Shown here piece by piece: positions 9,242 to 19,427 of a stretch of 64,000 nucleotides of DNA. The translations under genes and the position numbers were made by a program. The notes under the pieces are model-generated. The model searched no databases. It was not told the origin of the DNA and was given only the letters and a program-made list of their open reading frames with translations. This DNA is from Candidatus Eiseniibacteriota bacterium (GTDB lineage Bacteria > Eisenbacteria > RBG-16-71-46), in assembly GCA_963707915.1 (NCBI GenBank), contig OY970178.1, forward strand, positions 960,001 to 1,024,000, in the 5' to 3' direction. The number at the start of each line of letters is the position of its first letter. The stretch's first letter is position 1.

Positions 9242-10849
9242 TCACTGCCCGCCGGTCGCCCGCACGTAGCCCGGATCAACGAAGGGCGGCTGGCCGCCCT
9301 TGCGCTCACCCGGCTGGAGCACGCGGAAGATGCCGACGCCGTAGCCCACGACCTCGCCGCCCACGTAGATCAGTTCGAGCCGCTGTTCGCGGTCACGGAA
9401 CGCCGCGTCGTAGAGCAACGGCTCGAGCTGGCGACGGAAGATCTCCGCCACCTTCTGGTCCACGACCAGGTAGCGCACGTGGGCCCGGAGCGCCGTGCGC
9501 ACGATCGTCTCGTAGGGCTCGTCGGGAGTCACGTAGTAGCCGCGATGAGCGTAGAAGGCGACGAATGGCTTGCGGTCCATCACCACGGCACCCGGCTCCG
9601 CCACGCCCGAGAGCCAGATCCCCGCGGTCCGATGGGCGTCCATCCAGCCGTCGAAGGGCTTCTGCAGGTCGCCCGCGAGATTGGCCCCGCACCACACCGC
9701 ACCGGCCAGGGCCAGCGCGGCGCCGCCCAGCCGCCAACGCGGAGCGCCGGCGGCCAGCGGCACGGCCGCGAGGATGGCGAGCGCCGGTACCGCGCCGAGC
9801 AGGAACCGGGGCTGGACCGACAGGCCGCCGAGCAATGGCAGCGCCACGAGGTGGAGCAACGGCACCGCTTCGAGTCCCCGGCGGCGCCACAGGCCCACGA
9901 GCGACAGCAGCAGCAACGGCGCGGGCCACAGCCGCAGCAGTGCGCGCCCGTGCGCGGCGGCGTTCGACGGGTACTGGCGCAAAGCCACGGGACCGTTGCG
10001 CGCGAGGGCGTCGGCCAGGCCCTTCGGCACGGCGGCCGGCGCGAGGCGCGGCTCGTCCAGCCGCCAGTCCGTCACCACCGGACGCAGCGCCACGACCTTG
10101 GGGGTCAGCGTCCACGTCCCCAGCGTGGCGTGGAACCACACCCAGCACGGGATCGCCAGGGCGAGGAACCCCAGCATCCCGAGACCGAGCGTGCGTCGGC
10201 GGACGGCGCCGCGGACCGTGCCGAGCGCCCCGCCCACGGCCAGCGCGCCCGCGGGGATGAGCGCCTCGGGCCGGAGCGCGAAGGCCGCTCCCATGACGAG
10301 CCCCGAGGTCAGCCCCCGGGCGGCACCGGCCAGCGCGAGCCCGCCGTAGAGCGCGAGGAAGTAGGCCGAGTCGGACATCGTCACGGCGGACAGGACGGCC
10401 ATCAGCGGGTGAAGCGCGACCGCGAGCACGGGGAAGGCGGCCCAGCGCGGCCCCAGCGCGCGGCGGCCCAGCCACCACACCGGCCAGACCAGCAGCACCC
10501 CGCACACCAGCGAGACGAGCGCGCCGGAGTACACGCGGTCGGGCACGACCACGCGGGCGAGCGCGATGAGCAGCGGATAGCCGGGAGGGAAGATCGAGAC
10601 GGCCGGATGTCCGGCCCGCAACGCCTCGGCGAACCGCACGTACTCGGTGCCGTCCACCGTGATGAACGGCTGCCAGAACAGCGCCCAGAGCCTCAGCGCC
10701 AACGCGAGCATCGATCCGAGGACGGGCACCGCCGGCCCCTCGAACCATGCCGGCCCGCTCGCCCGGCCCGCGCCGGCCAACGCGCTGGAGCGCGAACCGC
10801 GCACCGCCGGGGGCCTCGTCGCCGCCCGGCGGCCGGATCTCTCACCCAC
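9242..10849 (-). CDS. GT-C fold membrane glycosyltransferase (GT39/ArnT/PMT-like); start uncertain (10711 possible)
   Basis: TVDGTEY, FPPGYPLL, MSDSAY, LRPE motifs among many transmembrane segments. Confidence 0.75.
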   Translation of the reverse strand: MGERSGRRAATRPPAVRGSRSSALAGAGRASGPAWFEGPAVPVLGSMLALALRLWALFWQPFITVDGTEYVRFAEALRAGHPAVSIFPPGYPLLIALARVVVPDRVYSGALVSLVCGVLLVWPVWWLGRRALGPRWAAFPVLAVALHPLMAVLSAVTMSDSAYFLALYGGLALAGAARGLTSGLVMGAAFALRPEALIPAGALAVGGALGTVRGAVRRRTLGLGMLGFLALAIPCWVWFHATLGTWTLTPKVVALRPVVTDWRLDEPRLAPAAVPKGLADALARNGPVALRQYPSNAAAHGRALLRLWPAPLLLLSLVGLWRRRGLEAVPLLHLVALPLLGGLSVQPRFLLGAVPALAILAAVPLAAGAPRWRLGGAALALAGAVWCGANLAGDLQKPFDGWMDAHRTAGIWLSGVAEPGAVVMDRKPFVAFYAHRGYYVTPDEPYETIVRTALRAHVRYLVVDQKVAEIFRRQLEPLLYDAAFRDREQRLELIYVGGEVVGYGVGIFRVLQPGERKGGQPPFVDPGYVRATGGQ

Positions 10850-10903
10850 GCGCGCGACCTCCGGGACCCGACCCGCCGGTCATGACGGCGATCGTCCCCG
10901 GGG

Positions 10904-11401
10904 CTACTTCACGCCCACGAGCTCGACCTCGAACACCAGCGTGGAGTTGGGCGGGATCACGGGCGGGGAGCCCCGTTCCCCGTAGGCGAGGTCGGGAGGG
11001 ATCGTGAGCTTGCGCTTGCCGCCGACGCGCATGCCCTTCAGGCCCTCGTCCCAGCCGCGGATGACCATCCCCGCGCCGATCGTGAACGAATACGGCCGCC
11101 CACCGGGATCGAGCGAGCTATCGAACTTGGTGCCGTCGGTGAGCCGGCCGGTGTAGTTCACCTCGACCTGCGTGCCTTCTTCGGCGATGGCGCCGTCGCC
11201 CACCAGGAGGTCCTGGTACTTGAGTCCGGAGGGCGTCGTGGTCTCCTTCGCGGCCGACGCCATCGGCGTCGCCGGCGGGGTGGACTGCTGGGTCGTGGGC
11301 GCCGCGGCCTGGGACGGCGTGGACCCGCCCGACTCGCCCTGCTGGCAGCCGGCCAGCGCGACGATGCCGAGCACGGCCAGCCAGTACGTCGGTCTGTTCA
11401 T
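10904..11401 (-). CDS. FKBP-type peptidyl-prolyl isomerase, lipoprotein
   Basis: Lipobox [46 protein letters not shown] ribosome-binding site. Confidence 0.93.
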   Translation of the reverse strand: MNRPTYWLAVLGIVALAGCQQGESGGSTPSQAAAPTTQQSTPPATPMASAAKETTTPSGLKYQDLLVGDGAIAEEGTQVEVNYTGRLTDGTKFDSSLDPGGRPYSFTIGAGMVIRGWDEGLKGMRVGGKRKLTIPPDLAYGERGSPPVIPPNSTLVFEVELVGVK

Positions 11402-11663
11402 GGGACGCTCCTCCATCATGCGGTGGAACACCGTGGCGTCGCGGGAGCGCGGAACGCTGCCACATTCGCACCGAGTCGGCAAGGCCATCGCGGACGCCGG
11501 TGGATGCCAGGGCACCCATCGTCGGGGGCCTCGGCAAGCGGCTCCCGGCCTCCTCGTTCGGCTCAAGCCCACGCCCGTTCCTGCCGATGACCGTCTCAAT
11601 CAGGACCGGTCCCCGCCCGGGCGCCGGTCCGGCCGCAGTTCCCGGTTCCACCAGGAGAGCCCG

Positions 11664-12116
11664 ATGGCAAACGGCAACCGAGTCGTCGCCCACCTGACCG
11701 ACGGCAAGCTCATCAAGGGGACGACCCAGGACTTCTTCCCCAACCGCCCGCTGTTCCACATCGCGCTGACCGAGGGCGGGCTGCCCATCGAGGTGCGCAC
11801 GCGGCAGCTGAAGGCCATGTTCTTCGTCCGGGACTTCGCGGGCGATACGGCGCGCCGCGACGTCCGGGGATTCATCGCCGCCCCCGGCGAGACCGCCCAG
11901 GGCAAGAAGCTGGCCGTGCGGTTCAAGGACGGAGAGCTGCTCTGCGGCTACTCGCTGGCCTTCTCGCCGGACCGGGAGGGCTTCTTCATGTTCCCATCCG
12001 ACTCGGGTGCGAACAACCTGCGCGTCTACGTGGTGACCGCGGCCGCCGCGGAGGTCAGGGCGGGTCCGGCCGCCGAGGCGCTCGCCCAGCAGGTGCTCGG
12101 CGAGCAGGCCGCCTGA
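11664..12116 (+). CDS. Conserved hypothetical protein with two internal repeats (DUF6982-like)
   Basis: AGGAG site. Repeat 1 VVAHLTDGKLIKGTTQDF, repeat 2 LAVRFKDGELLCGYSLAF. Family name from recall. Confidence 0.7.
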   Translation: MANGNRVVAHLTDGKLIKGTTQDFFPNRPLFHIALTEGGLPIEVRTRQLKAMFFVRDFAGDTARRDVRGFIAAPGETAQGKKLAVRFKDGELLCGYSLAFSPDREGFFMFPSDSGANNLRVYVVTAAAAEVRAGPAAEALAQQVLGEQAA

Positions 12117-12215
12117 GCGGTTCGTCCGCTCCGCCGGTCGCGGCCCCGTAGCGCCCGGGCCGGGGTGGCGCGGCCGGGGCCCGGGCGACGGCCGAGCCAG
12201 CCAAGCCCCCTCAGC

Positions 12216-12245
12216 TTGCGGGACGAAGGGCATCTCGGCTACATT
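12216..12245 (+). promoter_or_regulatory. Putative sigma70 promoter of the basic microprotein
   Basis: TTGCGG-N18-TACATT. Confidence 0.4.
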
Positions 12246-12290
12246 CACGGTCTTCACCGTGACAGGACGCCTCTGACTCCCGGGAGAACC

Positions 12291-12392
12291 ATGACCTCGT
12301 TCAAGCATCGCCTGCACCGCAAGAACGCCCGCAAGGCCGCGCGCAAGAAGGCCGCCAAGGCCAGCGCCGCGAAGAAGTCCCCCCGCCGCTGA
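12291..12392 (+). CDS. 33-aa Lys/Arg/Ala-rich basic microprotein
   Basis: GGGAGA before ATG. MTSFKHRLHRKNARKAARKKAAKASAAKKSPRR with strongly biased AAG/GCC/CGC codons. Confidence 0.65.
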   Translation: MTSFKHRLHRKNARKAARKKAAKASAAKKSPRR

Positions 12393-12506
12393 TTCGCGAC
12401 GAGGGGACTTCTCGTCTCCTCCCAGGGCCCCCTGCCACATGGCGGTGAGGGGCCTGCTTCATGCCTCCCGCCGGTGATCCGGATCGCGGGCGCCCCGTTC
12501 GCCGGG

Positions 12507-13337
12507 TCAGCGTCGGGCGGAGCGCAGCCAGCCGACGTAGGCCCAGAGCGCATCCTCGTCCCCGGGATCGAGGTGCCCCAGGAACGACGGCATCTTCAGC
12601 GTTGCGCGCCGCAGGAAGAAGCGGGCCCCGGCGTTTGAGGCGAAGCGCCGGCTGACGCCGTGCCCGACCCACTCGGTGAACTCGGTGCGGTCCCGGACCA
12701 ACCCGGGGAAGTCCGGCCCGTCCCACGATGGGACGTAGCCCCGCAACGAGCCGGGATTGGGGCGCTCGAGCCTGCCTCCCGCCCCGTGGCAGCCGACGCA
12801 TCCGAGGGCCCTGGCGCGTTGCAGGCCGAGCGACGCGAGGGAGTCGGCGGGCGCGGGGTCCCCGGCCGAAGCTTCCACGAAGGCGACCAGGTCATCGATC
12901 TGGCGGGGAGTCAGCCGGCGCTCGAAGGCCGGCATCCGCAACGCGCCCCGGTCGCGCTGCTCCCGCCACGTCGAACTCTTCGCCCGCGCGGCGGTCACGC
13001 CGTCCTCGATCCATTCGCGCACGGCGCCGCGGTCCTTCGCGTACATCATCACGTCACCGCCAAAATCGGGCACCGTGCCGTCGGCGCGGCCCGGGTTCGC
13101 CACCCCGCCACGCCCCTCGGGACCGTGGCAGGCGAAACAGCCGGTGCGTTCCGCGAGCCGGCGGCCGCGCTCCGCGGCGGTCGGGGCCACCGGCAGCAGG
13201 CCGCAGCCACCCAGGAGGAGAACGGCCAGCGTGACGACAGGCACGCTGGAGGCCCGCCCGCCGCGCCACGGGAAACGCGGGGAGCCGTCCGGCTCCCCGC
13301 GCCCTATGGCAAGCGGCCTATTTCGCCGCCCTGACAT
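12507..13337 (-). CDS. Dihaem c-type cytochrome, probable lipoprotein; start uncertain
   Basis: CFACH and CVGCH haem motifs, distal Met candidates LRMPAF and LKMPSF, lipobox-like LLGGC. Confidence 0.8.
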   Translation of the reverse strand: MSGRRNRPLAIGRGEPDGSPRFPWRGGRASSVPVVTLAVLLLGGCGLLPVAPTAAERGRRLAERTGCFACHGPEGRGGVANPGRADGTVPDFGGDVMMYAKDRGAVREWIEDGVTAARAKSSTWREQRDRGALRMPAFERRLTPRQIDDLVAFVEASAGDPAPADSLASLGLQRARALGCVGCHGAGGRLERPNPGSLRGYVPSWDGPDFPGLVRDRTEFTEWVGHGVSRRFASNAGARFFLRRATLKMPSFLGHLDPGDEDALWAYVGWLRSARR

Positions 13338-13701
13338 CGGTCACGTCCAGGGCCACCATTCCGTTGCGCTGCACGACCGTCCCCGACGCCGCGACGGTCT
13401 CCGCCGCCATGGCCTTGCACTTGTTGAAGGCGTCCGGGTTGTCGTGGTTCATCGTCAGCAGGTAGAGCTTGCCCTCCGCCGTGAGCAGCCCGAACGGCAT
13501 GCCCTCCGAGAGGCACTTCGTCGCGCACGACTTGTGGTCCGCGCCCTTCGCGCCATGCCCCAGGTAGCACCCGAGGCACACGACTTCCCCCTTGAGGGTC
13601 ACCGTCTTGCCGGTCGGACTCGACGGATGCCCTGCAGCGAAGGCGGTCCCCGCGACCGTGCTCAATGCGACGATCGCGATGACGCCCAGCAGTCTCTTCA
13701 T
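13318..13701 (-). CDS. Secreted Cys/His-rich hypothetical protein
   Basis: Signal peptide ending AFA. GEVVCLGCYLGHG..DHKSCATKC..GMPFGLLT. AGGAG site. Confidence 0.8.
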   Translation of the reverse strand: MKRLLGVIAIVALSTVAGTAFAAGHPSSPTGKTVTLKGEVVCLGCYLGHGAKGADHKSCATKCLSEGMPFGLLTAEGKLYLLTMNHDNPDAFNKCKAMAAETVAASGTVVQRNGMVALDVTDVRAAK

Positions 13702-13914
13702 GGGATGACTCCTTCCTACGGGACCGAACGATTCGGCCGGCCTTCGGGCCGGTCGCCACGCACCCCATTGGATGCGCCGGCCCCCGGTCCGGTGCCGCCC
13801 CGGCGGCCCGCCACCCCGACCCGGACATGACGGCGCCCGCGTGCGGCCGCCCGAAGCGACGCGCCCGCCCCCGGAGGTCCGGGCGCGGGCGCGATCGGAA
13901 CGGCTCGCCGGCGG

Positions 13915-14643
13915 TCAGCTCAAGTCGAGGTACTTCAGGTCGAGCGGGACGAAGAGGCCGCCGCCCGGACCGCCGAACAGCTCGCCGCCGCGGCGCAGCG
14001 ACTCGGAGGGGATGTCCACCACCGGCACGTCGAGCTCCCCGGTGGCCGCGATCTTCGAGGTCGTCGGCAACGCGTAGCGCTCGCTGGCCAGGTAGTCCTC
14101 GAACTCGTCGAGGGTCCACGCGAAGAGCGCGTCCACTTCCCACATCAGGCGCACCTCCCGGCCCCGCGTCAGATCGGGCGGGTCGTCGGGGGCCGCGGGC
14201 ACGAGCGTGCCGACCGCGCAGCAGTCGCAGCCGAACCAGAACTCGAGCTCGCCCCTCAGCACCATGTTCTCGGCGATGCGCGCCTCGGTCGGGGCGTCCT
14301 TCCAAACGCTCATCAGGAGCTCGCTCAGCGCGAACTGGTAGCGCAGCAGGGCGCGGGGGTCGTCGTCGGCGGCGCCGCGCAACCCGGTCGCCAGCACGCG
14401 CAGGTTGCGGATCGCCTCGATGCGCACCCAGGGCGAGCGCCGGTCGCACAGCGCGTTCAGGTTCTTGAGCGTGCCGTCGAGCCGCTCGCGCACGACCACC
14501 AGCAGGTCCGCGAAGCTGCCCGCGTCCTTGTCGAGGAACTCGACGGTGCGACGCATCGCCTGGTTCAGCGGCAGGTACGCCGCGCGCAGCGTGCCCCAGT
14601 CCTCGGTCAGCCGCTGTTTCGCGATGACGTCCCAATCCGCCAT
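13915..14643 (-). CDS. Hypothetical protein (242 aa)
   Basis: GGGAGGA before ATG at 14643, host-like codon usage, no family recognised. Confidence 0.75.
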   Translation of the reverse strand: MADWDVIAKQRLTEDWGTLRAAYLPLNQAMRRTVEFLDKDAGSFADLLVVVRERLDGTLKNLNALCDRRSPWVRIEAIRNLRVLATGLRGAADDDPRALLRYQFALSELLMSVWKDAPTEARIAENMVLRGELEFWFGCDCCAVGTLVPAAPDDPPDLTRGREVRLMWEVDALFAWTLDEFEDYLASERYALPTTSKIAATGELDVPVVDIPSESLRRGGELFGGPGGGLFVPLDLKYLDLS

Positions 14644-14815
14644 GGTGGATCCTCCCCTGCTCAGGATGCGCTGCGATCTCGTCGGCAGTATAGCGAAGGC
14701 TCGCCGCGGCGGTCCACCCGCCGCGCCGGTGGCGCCAGCGGAGCCGGGGCGCGTGCTATGCTGTGTCCGCTTCCCGTTCCGACCCACCCCCGTCCCATCC
14801 GCCCGGAGGAACGCC

Positions 14816-15934
14816 ATGCGCGACGCGCGCAACGCCCGGCTGGCCCAGGTCATCATCCACCATTCGACGCGGCTCCAGCCCGGCGAGGCCATCCTCATCG
14901 AGGCCTTCGACCTGCAGGGCGGGCTCGTGCACGACCTGGTGGAGGAGGCCTGCCGGGCGGGCGGAGTCCCGCTGGTCCAGCTCCGCGCCAACCCGGTCAT
15001 CCGCCAGGTGCTGGTGAGCGGCGGCGAGGCGCAGATCCGCCTGCAGGCCGAGGTCGAGCTCTTCCAGATGAAGAAGGTGCAGGCCTACGTCGGGCTGCGC
15101 GCCTCGGACAACGTCTCCGAGCTCGGCGACGTGCCCTCCGCGCAGCTCCAGCTCTACACCCGGCTCCTGCAGCAGCCGGTCCACCTCGACCAGCGGGTGA
15201 ACCACACCAAGTGGGTGGTGCTGCGCTACCCCACGCCCGCGATGGCCCAGCTCGCCGGCATGAGCACCGCGCGGTTCGAGGAGTTCTTCTACCGCGTCTG
15301 CACCCTGGACTACGGCCGCATGGCCGAGGCCATCGTGCCGCTCGCGGAGCGCATGCGGCGCACCGACCAGGTGCGCATCACCGGTCCCGGCACCGACCTG
15401 CGCTTCCGCATCCGCGGGATGGGCGTGATGCCGTGCGAGGGCCGCCGCAACCTCCCCGACGGGGAGTGCTACACCGCCCCGCTGCGCGACTCGGTCGAGG
15501 GCACCATCACCTACAACACCCCCTCGCTCTACCTCGGGACGACCTACGGCGGGATCTCCTTCACGTTCGAGGGCGGCCGGATCGTGAGGGCCAAGGGCGA
15601 CCCGCAGGACCGGCTGGACGCCCTGCTCGACACCGACGAGGGGGCGCGCTTCGTCGGGGAGTTCGCGCTGGGCTTCAACCCCTTCATCCTCGAGCCCATG
15701 AAGGACACGCTCTTCGACGAGAAGATCGCCGGCTCGCTCCACCTGACGCCGGGGCAGGCGTACAAGGCCGCGGACAACGGCAACCAGTCGCAGATCCACT
15801 GGGACCTGGTGCTCATCCAGCGGCCCGAGTACGGGGGCGGCGAGGTCCGGTTCGACGGGGAGCTGGTCCGCAAGGACGGCCGCTTCGTGCTGCCGGAGCT
15901 CGAGGGCCTGAACCCCGAGAGCCTCGGGACCTAG
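14816..15934 (+). CDS. M29 (AmpS/AmpT-type) aminopeptidase
   Basis: NLPDGECYTAP, GEFALGFNP, LFDEKIAGSLHLTPG, SQIHWDLV. Confidence 0.93.
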   Translation: MRDARNARLAQVIIHHSTRLQPGEAILIEAFDLQGGLVHDLVEEACRAGGVPLVQLRANPVIRQVLVSGGEAQIRLQAEVELFQMKKVQAYVGLRASDNVSELGDVPSAQLQLYTRLLQQPVHLDQRVNHTKWVVLRYPTPAMAQLAGMSTARFEEFFYRVCTLDYGRMAEAIVPLAERMRRTDQVRITGPGTDLRFRIRGMGVMPCEGRRNLPDGECYTAPLRDSVEGTITYNTPSLYLGTTYGGISFTFEGGRIVRAKGDPQDRLDALLDTDEGARFVGEFALGFNPFILEPMKDTLFDEKIAGSLHLTPGQAYKAADNGNQSQIHWDLVLIQRPEYGGGEVRFDGELVRKDGRFVLPELEGLNPESLGT

Positions 15935-15937
15935 CCG

Positions 15938-17881
15938 ATGATCCAGTTGCAGGGACTGCGCTACTCCATCGGCGAGCGCCTGCTCCTGGAGGACGTCGAC
16001 TGGGTCCTCTCCCCCGGCGACCGCTGCGCCCTGGTCGGGTCGAACGGCACCGGCAAGACCACGTTGCTGCGGCTCATGCTGGGCCAGCTCGTGCCCGACT
16101 CGGGGACGCGCGTGCTGGCCCGGGGCGCGCGCGTCGGCTACCTGCCCCAGGAGGCGGCCGAGCGCTACGACGGCACCGTGCTCGAGCGCGCCATGGAGGC
16201 GTACCACGGGTTGCTCGCCATGCGCGAGGAGCTGGACGCGCTGCACCAGCGGCTCGGCGGCATCGCCCCCGACGACCCGGCGCTCGAGCACCTGCTCGAG
16301 CGCACCGGCGAGCTCCAGCACCACCTCGAGCTGGCCGACGAGCACGCGCTGGAGCCGGAGGCGCGGCGCGTGCTCTCCGGGCTCGGCTTCTCGTTGCGCG
16401 ACCAGGACCGGCCGCTGGCGCGGTTCTCCGGCGGCTGGCGCATGCGCGCCGCGCTGGCCGCCCTGCTGCTGGCCGACCCCACGCTGCTGTTCCTCGACGA
16501 GCCCACCAACCACCTCGACCTGCCCGCGATGGAGTGGATGGAGGACTACCTCGAGGACTTCCACGGCGCGCTGGTCGCGGTCTCGCACGACCGCGTCTTC
16601 CTCGACCGCGTGGCCGACGAGGTGCGCGAGCTCGAGGCGGGCCACCTCACGGTCTTCGCCACCAACTTCACCGGCTACCTCGAGGAACGCGGGCTGCGGC
16701 GCGAGCGCATCGAGGCGCAGAACGAGCAGGTCGAGAAGAAGATCGCCCAGCTGTCGCGCTTCGTCGAGCGCTTCGGGGCCAAGAACACCAAGGCCAGCCA
16801 GGCGCAGAGCAAGCGCAAGCAGATCGAGCGGCTGCGGACGCAGCGCGTCGTGCTGCCGCGCCGGCCGCGCGGCATCCGCTTCCAGTTCCCCGCGCCCCCC
16901 CACTGCGGACGCACGCTGGTGCGCCTGCGCGGGGCGGCCTTCGGCTACGACGAGACCGACGTCTTCGCCGACGCCACCCTCGAGATCGAGCGCGGCGACA
17001 AGTTCGCCATCGTCGGCGCGAACGGCGCCGGCAAGACCACGCTGCTGCGCGTGCTGGCCGGACAGCTCGCGACCCGCCGCGGCGAGCGCGAGGCCGTTCT
17101 CCACACGCACATGGCCTACTTCGCCCAGCACGCCGCCGAGGCCCTCGACGGCTCGGACACCGTGCTCGATTCGCTCGACGCCATCGCGCCTCCGGAGTGG
17201 CGCCCACGCCTGCGCTCGCTGCTGGGCAACTTCCTGTTCAGCGGCGACGACGTGTTCAAGCTGGTGCGGGTCCTCTCCGGCGGGGAGCGCCAGCGGGTCG
17301 CGCTGGCGCGCACGCTGATGGAGCCCGCCAACCTGCTGCTGCTCGACGAGCCGACGCACCACCTCGACCTCGCCGGCAAGGAGGTGCTCGAGGACGCGCT
17401 GGTCCAGTACCCGGGCGCGCTGATCGTCGTCACCCACGACCGCTCGCTGATGGCGCGGGTCGCCACGCGGGTGATCGAGGTGAGCGACGGTCGCGTCACC
17501 CTCTACCCCGGCGGCTACGACGACTACGAGGCGGCGCGGCTGGCGCGCGCGGGGGCCGGGGCGAAGGCCCCGCCGTCGGCGAGCGAGGCTCCGGCCCACG
17601 GCGGGGCCCCTGCCGCCCCGGCGGCGAAGGAGGAGCGGCGCGGCGCGGCCGCGCACGAGCAGGCCCGCCGGGCGCAGGCGGTGGAGCGCAAGCGCACGCG
17701 GGAGGTCGAACGGATCGGGCACGACATCGAGGTCCGCGAGTCGAAGCTGCGAGAGCTGGAGGCCCAGCTCGCCGACCCGGACGTCTACCAGGACGGCGCC
17801 CGGGCCCGGGACCTGGTCACCCGCTACGAGCGGCTGCGGGCCGAAGTCGAATCGCTGTGGCAGCGGCTCGGCGAGTTGTGA
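15938..17881 (+). CDS. ABC-F family ATPase
   Basis: Two ABC cassettes ([21 protein letters not shown] and [21 protein letters not shown]), no TM domain, C-terminal coiled coil. Confidence 0.95.
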   Translation: MIQLQGLRYSIGERLLLEDVDWVLSPGDRCALVGSNGTGKTTLLRLMLGQLVPDSGTRVLARGARVGYLPQEAAERYDGTVLERAMEAYHGLLAMREELDALHQRLGGIAPDDPALEHLLERTGELQHHLELADEHALEPEARRVLSGLGFSLRDQDRPLARFSGGWRMRAALAALLLADPTLLFLDEPTNHLDLPAMEWMEDYLEDFHGALVAVSHDRVFLDRVADEVRELEAGHLTVFATNFTGYLEERGLRRERIEAQNEQVEKKIAQLSRFVERFGAKNTKASQAQSKRKQIERLRTQRVVLPRRPRGIRFQFPAPPHCGRTLVRLRGAAFGYDETDVFADATLEIERGDKFAIVGANGAGKTTLLRVLAGQLATRRGEREAVLHTHMAYFAQHAAEALDGSDTVLDSLDAIAPPEWRPRLRSLLGNFLFSGDDVFKLVRVLSGGERQRVALARTLMEPANLLLLDEPTHHLDLAGKEVLEDALVQYPGALIVVTHDRSLMARVATRVIEVSDGRVTLYPGGYDDYEAARLARAGAGAKAPPSASEAPAHGGAPAAPAAKEERRGAAAHEQARRAQAVERKRTREVERIGHDIEVRESKLRELEAQLADPDVYQDGARARDLVTRYERLRAEVESLWQRLGEL

Positions 17882-17940
17882 CGGTGCGGCGCTCGTCCGG
17901 CGGGCCGGCACGTCCGGCGCGGGCCCGTGAATCGTCCGGG

Positions 17941-18690
17941 CTAGGGACCGCCCTGCACGATCCAGCGCACGAGAACGGTGGTCACCACGGCCCAGGACAC
18001 GCTCGCCAGGGAGCCCACGAGGTAGTACTCGGACAGTTCCCGGCCCCCGCCCTCCCGCGACTCGGGTAGCCGGAGGATGGCCTTCGCGGCGATCACGAGT
18101 CCTACGAGGGCTTCGAACCGCAGCAGGATCGCGACGAACACCAGGGTGCGCTCGAGCAGGCCGATCGCGCGCCCCGCGCTCAACAGACCGGGTCGCGGCT
18201 GCTTCAGCAGGTCCTCGAGATGCGGGGTCAGCGGTCCCACGACACGCCCGACGACCACCGCCCCCGCCCACACGCAGGTGATGAACCCGGCCACCAGGGC
18301 GTAGACCCGGACATCCATCCCGGCACGTGCCAGGAGCGCCGGCAGCTCCGCCGCCGCACCGGGGGTCACCCAGACGGAGACCAGGCCGAACGCGGCCAGG
18401 TGAGCGGACTGGTCGATGACCAGGGTCCGGAGGGAGCGGGTCGCGAAGCGGCTCGTCATCCAATCGAGGAGGGCGTGCGCGGCAAGGACCAGCGCGCAGC
18501 CCCACCACAGGACCGGGGTCGGCGGAGTCGTGGCGACGACGATCGCGAGCAGGAGGACCAGGTGGATCGCCAGGTGGAGGGCGAGCGGGCCGGGCCGGTG
18601 CTTCTCCTGCGCCTGCCCGCGGGTCTGCAGGAGGAAGTCCCCGATCAAATGGGCGGTCAGGAACTTCAGGAACGCGAGCAGGAGCGTCAT
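17941..18690 (-). CDS. DUF3307-domain membrane protein
   Basis: AHLIGDF, HLAIH, AHALLD, DQSAH, GRAIGLLER, YYLVGSL. Overlaps the satD stop (ATGA). Confidence 0.85.
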   Translation of the reverse strand: MTLLLAFLKFLTAHLIGDFLLQTRGQAQEKHRPGPLALHLAIHLVLLLAIVVATTPPTPVLWWGCALVLAAHALLDWMTSRFATRSLRTLVIDQSAHLAAFGLVSVWVTPGAAAELPALLARAGMDVRVYALVAGFITCVWAGAVVVGRVVGPLTPHLEDLLKQPRPGLLSAGRAIGLLERTLVFVAILLRFEALVGLVIAAKAILRLPESREGGGRELSEYYLVGSLASVSWAVVTTVLVRWIVQGGP

Positions 18691-19424
18691 CGCGTTCGCC
18701 TTCCCGGGCGCGAAACCCCGGATTCAACCTTGAGGGGTTGAGCGGGCCCGCGGGCCGCGTCGCCCGCGTCGCCCCGGGAGGGCATTCCCCCGCTCGAGGA
18801 CTCCAGCAGGCGCATCGCCCCCAGCGCCTCGTTCCAGGACGCGGCGCGCAGGCGCTTGGAGACGGACTGGAACGTGACGCCGCTGCGGCGGGCGATGTCG
18901 TCCATGCCACGCGTCTCGAGGCGCCCGGCCACCGCTTCCCACTGTGCCGGCGTCCAGCGGTTCATGATCGCGTCCAGCAGGGGCAACATCGAACCCGCCC
19001 AGCGGTCGAACAGGGGATCACCGGTGACCCAGCCCGTCAGGCGGCCGGCCTTCAGCCCTTCGATCGCGGCACGCGCGCGATGGAAGGCCTCCCCCTCGGA
19101 GGCAAACGGACCCTTGGGACTCATCCGGACGATGCGCCCCGCGCCGAGGCCGACCCTCAGCCGCATCCGCCGGCCTTCGCGCCCCGCCAGTTGGGCTCGC
19201 AGGTACGTCAGGATGGTCAGCGCCGGGGCATCGGGGCGCAGGACCGCCTGCATCTCGTCGCCCTTCAGCACCTGGGGACCCAGGCGGAAGTGCCCTCGGT
19301 GGACGTGCAGGGTGCGGTCGATCGCCCTGGCCAGGGCCCGGTCCGCGCCTGCGCGATCCGCCGTGGGGATACTGCGCGAGGACACCAGGTCGGCAATGAA
19401 CACCTGCCATCGAGGGTTCTGCAT
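18687..19424 (-). CDS. SatD-family protein (palm/cyclase-like N-domain plus C-terminal HTH)
   Basis: FIADLVSSR, KGDEMQ, GEAFHRAR, HTH-like MDDIARRSGVTFQSVSKRL. AGGAGGT site upstream. Confidence 0.85.
   Translation of the reverse strand: MQNPRWQVFIADLVSSRSIPTADRAGADRALARAIDRTLHVHRGHFRLGPQVLKGDEMQAVLRPDAPALTILTYLRAQLAGREGRRMRLRVGLGAGRIVRMSPKGPFASEGEAFHRARAAIEGLKAGRLTGWVTGDPLFDRWAGSMLPLLDAIMNRWTPAQWEAVAGRLETRGMDDIARRSGVTFQSVSKRLRAASWNEALGAMRLLESSSGGMPSRGDAGDAARGPAQPLKVESGVSRPGRRTR
18724..18741. repeat. Palindrome copy 3, TCAACC-N6-GGTTGA
   Basis: TCAACC TTGAGG GGTTGA inside the satD 3' end, about 35 bp upstream of the DUF3307 start. Confidence 0.8.
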
Positions 19425-19427
19425 CAC

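Noticed and set aside
14756..18910. Very long ORFs in the track (1384 aa here, also 40799-44743, 41161-44823, 14758-18069)
   Set aside because: Shadow or antisense frames of real genes in high-GC DNA. They are low-complexity Arg/Gly/Pro/Ala-rich with no motifs beyond the embedded real genes.
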